Below, in pieces: positions 9,450-18,194 of a stretch of DNA of 64,000 nucleotides (position 1 is its first letter; every line of letters starts with the position of its first letter). Source of the stretch: an uncultured Bacilli bacterium (GTDB lineage Bacteria; Bacillota_I; Bacilli_A; RF39; UBA660). The stretch spans positions 5,777 to 69,776 of the forward strand of contig CAKPFD010000002.1 of NCBI GenBank assembly GCA_934149515.1, in the 5' to 3' direction. The notes below the pieces were generated by a model, which searched no databases, was not told the DNA's origin, and was given only the letters and a program-made list of their open reading frames with translations. A program made the position numbers and the translations under genes.

Positions 9450-10007
9450 TTGGAAACAATAGAAAACTTAAAACAAATACTACAACAAAATTTATCAGTG
9501 TATCGTTATCAACATAGTATTCATACTATGGAAGAAGCACTTCAACTTGCGAAACGTTATCATTATAAGGAAGAAATAGCTGCAAAAACGGCTTTAATGC
9601 ATGATGTTGCCAAAGAACTATCAGAAGAAGAAATAACCACTTGGTTACAACACCATCAAAAATTCAAAACCATACCAGCAAAAGTATTACATGGCTATAT
9701 TGGAGCTGAAATAGTGAAAGACTACCAGTTTACCAAAGAAATGCAAGAAGCCATTAAATATCACTCTACTGGTAGAAAAAAGATGACCACCTTAGATAAA
9801 ATAGTCTTTCTAGCAGATAAAATAGAAAAAGGAAAAACCTATCCTGGAATAGAACAAGAAAGACAAATGGCAAAAATAGATTTAGATAAAGCAGTAATTT
9901 TATGTATGCAAAACCAAATCAAACACTTACAACAAGAAAAGAAGGAAATAGATCCCAAAGTCTTTCAAGCCCTAGAAGACCTACAAACAAAAATCAATGT
10001 AACTTAA
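9450..10007 (+). CDS. yqeK: HD-domain protein YqeK (bis(5'-nucleosyl)-tetraphosphatase family)
   Basis: 185 aa, YRYQHSIHT...ALMHDVAKE...H..G HD-domain pattern typical of YqeK. Confidence 0.7.
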   Translation: METIENLKQILQQNLSVYRYQHSIHTMEEALQLAKRYHYKEEIAAKTALMHDVAKELSEEEITTWLQHHQKFKTIPAKVLHGYIGAEIVKDYQFTKEMQEAIKYHSTGRKKMTTLDKIVFLADKIEKGKTYPGIEQERQMAKIDLDKAVILCMQNQIKHLQQEKKEIDPKVFQALEDLQTKINVT

Positions 10008-10077
10008 GAAAAAAATAGTTACATCTTTTTTAATTAATGATACAATAAACCTATAAGAAAAATTTGAGGTGAGAAAA

Positions 10078-11250
10078 ATGGATGAAAACAAGGGGAAAAA
10101 AATAATTGAAGAACAAAAAACAGTAACACAAGCACCAAGCACCAACCAAGGATCAAAAGAAATGCGTAAAAAATTAATCCGTTTAATGATTTTAGTTGGT
10201 GGAGCACTTATCATTTTATTAATTGTTATGTTTATCATTAGCTTAATCAGTGGAAAAGCTGTCGGCTATGAAAAAATAGAACAACAAATGACAACTGCTG
10301 CTAAAAAATATTATGAAGTACAATCTTCCCTTCTACCAACAGAAGAAAAAGGAAAAATAGAAGTAGATGTTGCAACATTAGTAGAAGCAGAATACATGAA
10401 ACCATTAAAAGAACTACGCTCTAAAGAAAGTTGTACTGGAAAAGTCGTTGTTCAAAAAATTGATGGAAAATATATCTACACACCATTTTTAAACTGTGGA
10501 AAAGCTTATCAAACCAAAGAATTATATCAAGAATTAACAGAAAAAACAGTAACAGCAAGTGATGGACTTTATCAAATTGGTAATGAATATGTCTTTAGAG
10601 GAGAAACTGTTAATAACTATGTTCAACTAGATAGAAGTCTTTTTAGAATTGTGAAAATCAATCAAGATCAAGAAATTATGTTAGTACTAGAGAAAGAAAA
10701 CGGTGGGCTTGGTTATTATTATGATAATCGTTATAATTCTGAACGTGGATATAACTCAGGAATTAATGATTTCCGTCTAAGTAGAATTCATGAACAATTA
10801 CAAGAAACTTATGAAGATGAAACCAAAGAAAGTATGTTAACTATAAATGATAAACAACATCTAGTAAGTTTTGCAAGTTGTATTGGTAAAAGGACGTTGA
10901 CATCAACAGATAAAACCAACCAAGAAGAATGTAGTGATACCCTTCCAAATAGCATGATTGGTTTATTGACAGCAAGCGATTATTTACAAGCATCTCTTGA
11001 TAGTAACTGTAATGCTACAACAGATAAAGCTTGCCAAAATTATAATTATTTAAAACAAAATTATGATTGGTGGTTAGCAACAGCACTAACGAATGATACG
11101 TATCAAGTATTATATGTTAATACTTCAGGTTTTGTTGATAAAGTATCAGCATCAGCTACCAAAAAGCTAAGACCTACTATCATGTTATCAGCCCAAACCA
11201 TGATAAAATCAGGAACCGGAACAGCAAGCAATCCTTACATCTTAAAATAA
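10078..11250 (+). CDS. membrane-anchored surface protein, single-module non-diversified relative of the 3-paralog family
   Basis: N-terminal TM anchor. C-terminal module DWWLATAL...KLRPTIMLS...SGTGTASNPYILK is homologous to the WWTLTP...RPTINLKS...SGSGT.SDPYRL modules, but AT-rich. GAGGTG RBS precedes ATG 10078. Confidence 0.65.
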   Translation: MDENKGKKIIEEQKTVTQAPSTNQGSKEMRKKLIRLMILVGGALIILLIVMFIISLISGKAVGYEKIEQQMTTAAKKYYEVQSSLLPTEEKGKIEVDVATLVEAEYMKPLKELRSKESCTGKVVVQKIDGKYIYTPFLNCGKAYQTKELYQELTEKTVTASDGLYQIGNEYVFRGETVNNYVQLDRSLFRIVKINQDQEIMLVLEKENGGLGYYYDNRYNSERGYNSGINDFRLSRIHEQLQETYEDETKESMLTINDKQHLVSFASCIGKRTLTSTDKTNQEECSDTLPNSMIGLLTASDYLQASLDSNCNATTDKACQNYNYLKQNYDWWLATALTNDTYQVLYVNTSGFVDKVSASATKKLRPTIMLSAQTMIKSGTGTASNPYILK

Positions 11251-11400
11251 AATAGTAAAGATCTTAAAGATTAGTCATTGAATTTATAAAACAAAGATAG
11301 TAAGATAAATATATAAGAAAAATAGAAAGAGTGTTGATTATGTTTATGATAAAAAGCTATTTAAAATCTAGAAAAGCAATTGTAAACTCAAAGTTAACCT

Positions 11401-11409
11401 GGGGGGGGG
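11401..11409 (+). repeat. G9 homopolymer tract
   Basis: Nine consecutive G in an AT-rich intergenic region, 114 nt upstream of the paralog A start. Confidence 0.95.
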
Positions 11410-11522
11410 TACTTTAATCAAGTAACTCATCTATTTTTCTTTTACCACCTAAAAATGATCAGGATATAAATGTATTCTGGTCTTTTTCGTGTTTAAAAAA
11501 ATCAAAAAAGGAGCAGGAGTAA

Positions 11523-13376
11523 ATGAATCGAAAAAAAATAATTTGGATAGGAATGCTAATTTTAGTTTTTTGTGTTATTTTAGGAATTAGTTATGCTTAT
11601 TTATCGATATTTTTGACATCGAACAAAGAAAATATTGTCAAAGTAGGGGATTTAAATCTAGTGTTAGATGAAACTTCTAGTAATGGGATCACTTTAGAAA
11701 ATGGTGTTGCCATCACCGATGAACAAGGATTAGCACAAGAAGGAGCAAGCTTTTCTCTAAAGAATAATGGTAAAGCCTATGTTTGCTATAAATTGTATTT
11801 AGATGATAAAGATCTTTCTAACGGCGAAACAAGAGTCGATGACAAATTAATTAAATTTAGTTTAGATAAAGATAATGAAGTAGGGACTGCAAAAACGCTA
11901 CCAATGATTGGAACTAATCCAAACCGTTTGTTGGATGAAGGAACAATTGATAGTGGAAAATCTATCTCTTACAAATTACGCTTATGGTTTAATAGTGAAA
12001 TAGATGCCAATTACTCTGGTCAAGTTTTTAAAGGAAAATTAAGAGTAGAAGCAACCCAATGTGAAAAATTACCAACAGTATCAGAGAAATTACTAGCAGG
12101 AGTAGGAACTAAAGGAGCAATAGATACTTCTGATTCAGAACAAACCTTTATCACCGGAACTGATCCAAATAACTATATTTGGTATAGTGGAAAACTATGG
12201 AGAGCAGTATCTATCGATCCAAGCGATAATAGTGTTAAACTAGTAACGCAATGGGATATATCATCTATTCCATACAATGTATCAGGCAAGACAGCTTTTG
12301 AAGGAAGTTATATGCAGCAGTGGTTGAATGATACAAGTGTTGATGGATTTTTGGGCAATTTAAGAGAACCGGAAAAATTTATCAAAATAGATAGTAAGTG
12401 GAATGCAACTGCAACAACTTCAACTACCAAACCAGCAAAAACTACAATGGTAACAAGTGTTATAGGTTTATTAAATGTTTATGAATATACCATGAGTTAC
12501 AAAAATACAACAGCTTCAAACGGTTATTTAAATAATGACCTTCATTGGTGGACATTAACACCATATAGTGCGTCTAACGTTCGTTATGTGTACATCAATG
12601 GCGATGCGAACTACGATGATGTTGTAGCTTCACGTGGATTTCGCCCTGCGATCAATCTGAAATCTAGTGTAGAAATTGCATCAGGTTCTGGAACAGAAAG
12701 TGATCCTTATCGATTAAAAGGAGATAAGGATATACCAGAATCAGGAACAAAACTAGCAACAAGATATAGTGGTGAGTACATTCGTTTTGGAACAGGGGAG
12801 AATAATTTGTATCGGATCGTTAGTCATGAAATACTAGGAACTACTAAAATAGTAAGTGCTACTCCATTAAAAGAAAGTGGAAGTTATAAACAAATTGCTT
12901 TTGCAAGTTCAGGAGTAAATTATTCAAGTAGTAATACAATAGGAGCCTTCTTAAATGGAGAATATCTAACAAGTGGAAGTTATCTAACAACTGATCAAGT
13001 CAATATGATCGAAGATAATACAACCTGGTATTTGGGAACAGTAGGAAATGGTACAAGTTATAAATTAGCAAAATATGCGAGTGCATCAAGTGCCACTGTA
13101 ACTTCAAATACAACAACAGCCAAAGTTGGATTATTAAGACTAGGAGAATTAAATGCAGGACAATTTGATGATTTTATAAATAAGATAAGTTATTGGACAT
13201 TAACACCATATAACACATCCAACGTTCGTTATGTGGCCAGCAATAGCTATGCAAACAACAATGCTGTTACAACTTCGCGCGGGATTGGCCCCTCAATTAA
13301 CTTAAAATCTAACGTTGTGATCACAAGCGGTGATGGCACGAAAAAAAATCCATTCGAAGTGAAATTAGCAGGATAG
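11523..13376 (+). CDS. secreted/surface protein paralog A (TasA-like N-terminus, two WWTLTP...RP.INLKS modules)
   Basis: 617 aa. The N-terminus GISYAYLS....N..VKVGDLNLVL resembles SipW-dependent TasA/camelysin signal regions. The C-terminal 430 aa are about 85-90% identical to paralogs B and C. Confidence 0.8.
   Translation: MNRKKIIWIGMLILVFCVILGISYAYLSIFLTSNKENIVKVGDLNLVLDETSSNGITLENGVAITDEQGLAQEGASFSLKNNGKAYVCYKLYLDDKDLSNGETRVDDKLIKFSLDKDNEVGTAKTLPMIGTNPNRLLDEGTIDSGKSISYKLRLWFNSEIDANYSGQVFKGKLRVEATQCEKLPTVSEKLLAGVGTKGAIDTSDSEQTFITGTDPNNYIWYSGKLWRAVSIDPSDNSVKLVTQWDISSIPYNVSGKTAFEGSYMQQWLNDTSVDGFLGNLREPEKFIKIDSKWNATATTSTTKPAKTTMVTSVIGLLNVYEYTMSYKNTTASNGYLNNDLHWWTLTPYSASNVRYVYINGDANYDDVVASRGFRPAINLKSSVEIASGSGTESDPYRLKGDKDIPESGTKLATRYSGEYIRFGTGENNLYRIVSHEILGTTKIVSATPLKESGSYKQIAFASSGVNYSSSNTIGAFLNGEYLTSGSYLTTDQVNMIEDNTTWYLGTVGNGTSYKLAKYASASSATVTSNTTTAKVGLLRLGELNAGQFDDFINKISYWTLTPYNTSNVRYVASNSYANNNAVTTSRGIGPSINLKSNVVITSGDGTKKNPFEVKLAG
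12564..12650 (+). other. hypervariable cassette A1
   Basis: Directly follows the invariant TGGACATTAACACCA. Codons are NNC/NNT-variable relative to the other five cassettes. The 3' anchor has diverged. Confidence 0.55.
13209..13295 (+). other. hypervariable cassette A2 (A-richer)
   Basis: Same 5' anchor. Retains AAC/AAT runs (AAC AAC AAT). The 3' anchor has diverged (GGG ATT GGC CCC TCA). Confidence 0.55.
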
Positions 13377-13415
13377 TTTAAAAAAAAAATTTACAATAAA
13401 AATGCGATTCGAAAA

Positions 13416-13453
13416 AAGGTTATTTTGCCAAAATGGGTGAGATAACTTTTTTG
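13416..13453 (+). terminator. rho-independent terminator after paralog A
   Basis: AAGGTTAT (13416-13423) pairs with ATAACTTT (13442-13449), followed by a T-run. Confidence 0.5.
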
Positions 13454-13482
13454 TATATTTTTAAACGCTTAACATCATACTA
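13453..13482 (+). promoter_or_regulatory. forespore sigma-G/F-type promoter of spoVA genes
   Basis: GTATA 13453-13457, 18-nt spacer, CATACTA 13476-13482. This fits the sigma-G consensus GHATR-N18-CATXHTA. spoVA is sigma-G dependent in Bacillus. Confidence 0.5.
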
Positions 13483-13500
13483 CTACTAGGTGATTAAAAA

Positions 13501-13944
13501 ATGGAAAAGCAAAAGTATGAACAACTTATCAAGAAACATGCTCCTAATGAAAATAAGACTTACTATGCTGTTATGGCTTTTATAATAGGTGGTTTCATCG
13601 GCTTGTTAGGGGAGGTACTTGTTCGATTTTACACTTGTACATTAGAGATTTCAAGGAATGAAGCATCGACTTATATGATCGTAACCTTAATATTTATAGC
13701 TTCCTTACTAACAGCTCTTGGCGTGTTTGATAAACTAGTTACTAAAGCAAAATGTGGTCTTTTGATTCCAATTACTGGTTTTGCTCATTCGATGACATCT
13801 TCTGCTATTGACTATAAAAAAGAAGGACCAGTTTATGGAGTTGGTAGTAATCTTTTTAAATTAGCAGGTACAGTGATTTTATATGGAATTGTTTCTAGTT
13901 GGTTCTTTGGAATGGTTCGCTATATTTGGGAGGTGCTAAAATGA
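13501..13944 (+). CDS. spoVAC: stage V sporulation protein AC
   Basis: 147-aa membrane protein with typical SpoVAC sequence (FIIGGFIGLLGE, PITGFAHS), followed by spoVAD/AE. Confidence 0.9.
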   Translation: MEKQKYEQLIKKHAPNENKTYYAVMAFIIGGFIGLLGEVLVRFYTCTLEISRNEASTYMIVTLIFIASLLTALGVFDKLVTKAKCGLLIPITGFAHSMTSSAIDYKKEGPVYGVGSNLFKLAGTVILYGIVSSWFFGMVRYIWEVLK

Positions 13945-14936
13945 TAGTAGAATTTAAAGATGTCTATGTCAAAGATACTGCTACGGTAGCTGGTCCCTAT
14001 GAAGCAAAAGGTCCATTGAAAAAAGGGTTTGATAAAGTATATACCAAAGATCTATACTGTGAAGCGCCATCATTTGAACAAGCAGAAGCTAAATTACTAG
14101 AAGAAAGTATAGAATTACTATTAGAAAAAACAAACCAAACGCAAGCTGCTATTGATTTAATTGTTGGTGGTGATTTATTAAATCAAATTAGTGCTTCAAC
14201 CTATGGCTTAGCACAACAAAATCGTCCTTTCTTAGGAATTTATAGTGCTTGTGCTACTAGTATTGAAGGAATGTTGATTGCTGCGACGTTTATTGATAGT
14301 AAAAAAATCAAAACAGCCATCGCTGCGACTTCTTCTCATAATATGTCAAGTGAAAAACAATTTCGTAACCCCACAGAATATGGGGCACCACGGCCAAAAA
14401 CAGCTACCTTTACAGCAACGGGTGGTGCAAGTATTTTACTAACAAATGAAAAGAGTAATATCAAAGTAAAAAATGGATTGATTGGAACGATGATAAACTA
14501 TGAACAAAAAGATCCAATGAACATGGGAGCAGCCATGGCTCCAGCAGCAGCTACTACGCTTTATCAATACTTTACGAAAACAAATACCACTGTCGATGAC
14601 TTTGATTTGATTTTAACAGGGGATCTTGGAATATATGGAAAAGAAATTTTGAAAGATTTACTAAAACAAGATCACAATATAACCTTAAAGAAAAATTACA
14701 ATGATTGTGGTGTCATGTTATATGATTTGAAAAAACAAAAAGAAATCTTAGCAGGAGGATCAGGACCGGTTTGTAGTGCTTTAGTCAATTACAGTACTAT
14801 TATCAAAGGTTTGAAAGATAAAACGTATAAAAAAGTGTTACTAGTAGCAACAGGAGCCCTATTTTCTCCGACAACACTTTATCAAAAATTACCGATTCTA
14901 TCGATTGCACATGCAGTTTGTTTGGAGGCGATATAA
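13941..14936 (+). CDS. spoVAD: stage V sporulation protein AD
   Basis: Thiolase-like SpoVAD. ATG 13941 overlaps the spoVAC stop (ATGA). Confidence 0.9.
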   Translation: MIVEFKDVYVKDTATVAGPYEAKGPLKKGFDKVYTKDLYCEAPSFEQAEAKLLEESIELLLEKTNQTQAAIDLIVGGDLLNQISASTYGLAQQNRPFLGIYSACATSIEGMLIAATFIDSKKIKTAIAATSSHNMSSEKQFRNPTEYGAPRPKTATFTATGGASILLTNEKSNIKVKNGLIGTMINYEQKDPMNMGAAMAPAAATTLYQYFTKTNTTVDDFDLILTGDLGIYGKEILKDLLKQDHNITLKKNYNDCGVMLYDLKKQKEILAGGSGPVCSALVNYSTIIKGLKDKTYKKVLLVATGALFSPTTLYQKLPILSIAHAVCLEAI

Positions 14937-15287
14937 ATGTATTTTCTTTATTCTTTTCTTTTTTGTGGCCTTGTTTGTTGTATAGCAGAGTTAATATTAG
15001 ATAACACCAAATTAACACCAGGTCATATTACTTCTATCTTTGTTGTTATCGGGGCCTTTTTAGATGCTTTTGGAATATATGATTTCTTAATTGCAACTTG
15101 TGGTGCAGGAACGTTAGTACCAATTACATCTTTTGGGCATTCATTAATTCATGGTGCCTTAGCAAAAGCAGAAACGATGGGTTTTATCGGTCTTTTAATG
15201 GGAATGTTTGATTTGACTGCTTCTGGGATTACATCAGCCATTATCTTCTCCTTTGTCTTTACTTTATTTTTTAAACCAAAAGATTAA
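14937..15287 (+). CDS. spoVAE: stage V sporulation protein AE (C-terminal type)
   Basis: 116-aa membrane protein (PITSFGHSL motif) immediately after spoVAD. Confidence 0.88.
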   Translation: MYFLYSFLFCGLVCCIAELILDNTKLTPGHITSIFVVIGAFLDAFGIYDFLIATCGAGTLVPITSFGHSLIHGALAKAETMGFIGLLMGMFDLTASGITSAIIFSFVFTLFFKPKD

Positions 15288-15309
15288 TTTATTGCGAAAA
15301 ATATAATAG

Positions 15310-16347
15310 GTGATGAAATTGATTTACATCCTATTATTTTTTTTGCTTTCAATGTCTGTCTATGCAGAAACGATTGAAAGTCCTTATCAAGAAATAAATG
15401 TCTTAGAAGAGAAAGTGCCGGTTCAACAAGATGAAATGCTATTACCAACGACAACATATATTTTAAAAAAACAACTACCAGAAAAAGAAACCTATGACAC
15501 TCCTAATATCAAAAAACAAACAACCTATTGCTATCAAGAGTTAAAAAAATTAACTAGCTTACAAGTAACAACGGAAAATGTATCGATTGTCAAAATAGCA
15601 GGAAAAGATAAAAAAACTAATACTTTACTTTTTGAACAAACACCTTCCTTTTTAGCTTCTAAAAAAGCCTGGGATATTTCTTTGCCACAAGCTACATCGC
15701 CTGAAGATATAGTACTATCGATAACTTGTTTTTTACATCAAGCAAGTAAAAAGGGAAAAGTGATTATCCAAAGTAAAGAAAAAGATTATGTCTACTTTGA
15801 AAAAGAACTAACCAAAAAATCTTATCAAGATATCATCGTTCGTCCGATTAATCATCTAAATCATAAAAAATGGGATAAAACCGTGATATGTAAAGAAAAA
15901 ATAGAACCTTTTTATTATCATTTTGTCCGAAAATGTCAAGAATATCGATATTTTATCAAAGAAAATCACCAGCAAAACATAGAAACAATATCCTCTGATA
16001 CCAAAAAAGAAGGGTATCAAGTTCTAGAAGAAATAACAAGATATCATCTATACAAAAAACTAATTATAACTCTTTATGATTCAATCGAGTTAGAAAATTA
16101 TCTAGATCTTAATAAAATCGTTGTTACTAGTAATGTTCCGTTAAAAAAAATTCATTTCAAACTAGAAAATCCTTGTACCAATCAAGCTAGACTTTTCCTT
16201 TCTTATCATCAATTTTCCTATTCTAAACAAGTAGCTATGCACTGCAAGACATACCCGAAAAGTTCTGTGGATCCCTATCATCAAGCAAGTATTGCAAACC
16301 AGCTTGTTCATTACCTTTTAAAATTGTCGATTGAAAAAAAATTCTAG
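15310..16347 (+). CDS. hypothetical secreted protein
   Basis: Signal peptide ILLFFLLSMSVYA. No family recognised. Exact start is uncertain (GTG 15310, ATG 15313 or TTG 15319). Confidence 0.5.
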   Translation: MMKLIYILLFFLLSMSVYAETIESPYQEINVLEEKVPVQQDEMLLPTTTYILKKQLPEKETYDTPNIKKQTTYCYQELKKLTSLQVTTENVSIVKIAGKDKKTNTLLFEQTPSFLASKKAWDISLPQATSPEDIVLSITCFLHQASKKGKVIIQSKEKDYVYFEKELTKKSYQDIIVRPINHLNHKKWDKTVICKEKIEPFYYHFVRKCQEYRYFIKENHQQNIETISSDTKKEGYQVLEEITRYHLYKKLIITLYDSIELENYLDLNKIVVTSNVPLKKIHFKLENPCTNQARLFLSYHQFSYSKQVAMHCKTYPKSSVDPYHQASIANQLVHYLLKLSIEKKF

Positions 16348-16415
16348 TATTGTCGAAAGCCTTTTCAACCACTTGCTTTTATGTTACAAGATAAGAAAAA
16401 GAAAGAAGGGGTTTC

Positions 16416-17069
16416 ATGTTAGATCAAATTAATCAATATGAAGGGCTGGTGAAACATCAATTAAAAAAATATGCTTTTACCAATAACTATGATGATCTCT
16501 ATCAAGCAGGGATGTTAGGTTTAGTAAAGGCAATTAAAAAATATGATACCGCAAGAAATACTAGCTTTTTAGATTATGCGTATTTCTATATTAAGGGAGA
16601 AATTTTAAAAGCACTTCATGAAACATATGCAGTTAAAATGACGCCACGGCTTTATAAGATCAAACAAGAAGCAAATGATATGAGTATTGAATTAACCCAA
16701 AAACTAGGAAGAAAACCAACTTTAGAAGAACTATCTTATATTCTAGGGCATCCCAAAGAAAGCATTGAACAAGCCCTTAATACCACCATGGCACCTGTTA
16801 GCCTTGATAATGACCAAGAACAAGAACAAGATAAACTCTATCATCAAATTGCTAGTTTAGAAAAAGGTTATGATGCTGGTATATTGGATTTAAAAACCGC
16901 AATAGAAGGACTAGAAGCCAAAGAACAGCAACTAATAAAACAAAGATACTATGCTGATTATACGCAACAAGAAACTGCAAAGAATCTAGATATGACACAA
17001 GTACAAGTTAGTAGGGCAGAACAGAAAATTTTAAAGAAATTAAAAAGCAAATTAACCATCACCGAATAA
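16416..17069 (+). CDS. SigB/F/G-family sigma factor, sigF-like sporulation sigma candidate
   Basis: 217 aa. Region 2 is DLYQAGMLGLVKAIKKYD. Region 3-4 (KMTPRLYKIKQEANDM..., RYYADYTQQETAKNLDMTQVQVSRAEQKIL) parallels B. subtilis SigF. Confidence 0.65.
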   Translation: MLDQINQYEGLVKHQLKKYAFTNNYDDLYQAGMLGLVKAIKKYDTARNTSFLDYAYFYIKGEILKALHETYAVKMTPRLYKIKQEANDMSIELTQKLGRKPTLEELSYILGHPKESIEQALNTTMAPVSLDNDQEQEQDKLYHQIASLEKGYDAGILDLKTAIEGLEAKEQQLIKQRYYADYTQQETAKNLDMTQVQVSRAEQKILKKLKSKLTITE

Positions 17070-17171
17070 AAATTCCACTACTAGCTGGTGGAATTTCACT
17101 TTGTCTATAAGATTTTCTACTCAAATAGCATTTCTTTTGGTATAATAATAACGAATGAATGTGGTGAAAAA

Positions 17172-18194
17172 ATGAAAAGTATATATGATTTAACAATAGA
17201 ACAAATGCAAGAAGACTTTAAAGCTCATGAGGATAAAAAGTTTTATGCGAACCAACTGTTTGAATGGCTTTATCAAAAGAAAATAACCGATTTTAACCAA
17301 GCAACAAATATAAAACAACAAACAAGAGAACGCTTGATGAAAGAATATCGTTTAGATACTTTAAAAATTGTGGCGGTTGAAAAAGATAAAGATGTAAGTA
17401 AATACTTATTTGCCCTAAATGATAAAGAACATATTGAAGCAGTATTAATGTACCATGATTATGGAAATTCCTTATGTATTTCTTCACAAGTAGGGTGTAA
17501 CATGGGGTGTGCTTTTTGTGAATCCGGTCGGAGAAAAAAAGTAAGAAACCTACAAACTTCTGAAATGGTAGAACAAATTTTAAAAGTAGAACAGGAAAGT
17601 AATTGTCGAATTTCTCATGTTGTCATTATGGGAATAGGAGAACCTTTTGATAACTATGAGAACATTATTCACTTTATTGATATCATCAATCATCCGAAAG
17701 GACTAGCTATTGGAGCAAGGCATATTACCATTTCAACTTGTGGAATTGTACCAAAAATCAAAGAATTTACCAATTATGATAAACAAGTCAATCTTGCCAT
17801 TAGCTTACATGCTCCAACAGATGAATTACGAAAAAAAATCATGCCAATTGATAAAGTATACCCTTTAAATGAATTACTACCAGCCCTAAAAGAATACAGT
17901 CAAAAAACCAATCGTCGCTTGACATTTGAATACATTATGTTAAAAGATGTAAACGATCACGAACAAGACGCTCTTGACTTAGCAAAACTACTAAAAGGAA
18001 TGAACGCCTATGTCAATTTAATACCATATAACGAAACAGAGAATTTACAGTTTGAAAGAAGTAGCACTATTCAAATTGCCAAGTTCTATGATATACTAAA
18101 AGAAAATAAGATATGTGTAACAATACGGCGTGAGTTTGGTGGAAAGATAAGCGCTGCATGTGGACAACTAAGAAGTAAAAAGGAGGAAGTATGA
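17172..18194 (+). CDS. rlmN: 23S rRNA/tRNA adenine-C2 methyltransferase RlmN
   Basis: Radical-SAM motif CNMGCAFCESG. Bacillus-like context rlmN-prpC-prkC-rsgA-rpe. ATG 17172 lies inside ORF 17088-18194. Confidence 0.88.
   Translation: MKSIYDLTIEQMQEDFKAHEDKKFYANQLFEWLYQKKITDFNQATNIKQQTRERLMKEYRLDTLKIVAVEKDKDVSKYLFALNDKEHIEAVLMYHDYGNSLCISSQVGCNMGCAFCESGRRKKVRNLQTSEMVEQILKVEQESNCRISHVVIMGIGEPFDNYENIIHFIDIINHPKGLAIGARHITISTCGIVPKIKEFTNYDKQVNLAISLHAPTDELRKKIMPIDKVYPLNELLPALKEYSQKTNRRLTFEYIMLKDVNDHEQDALDLAKLLKGMNAYVNLIPYNETENLQFERSSTIQIAKFYDILKENKICVTIRREFGGKISAACGQLRSKKEEV

Larger units (their letters stand above)
12087..13376 (+). repeat. dispersed about 1.29-kb repeat, copy A
   Basis: From KLLAGVG to the stop. 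Long runs are identical to 33043-34332 and 54305-55597. Confidence 0.85.

Noticed and set aside
11340-11417. 25-codon ORF containing the G9 tract, considered as a real gene.
   Set aside because: It is too short, has a weak RBS and shows no recognisable similarity. It is kept only as context for the homopolymer finding.
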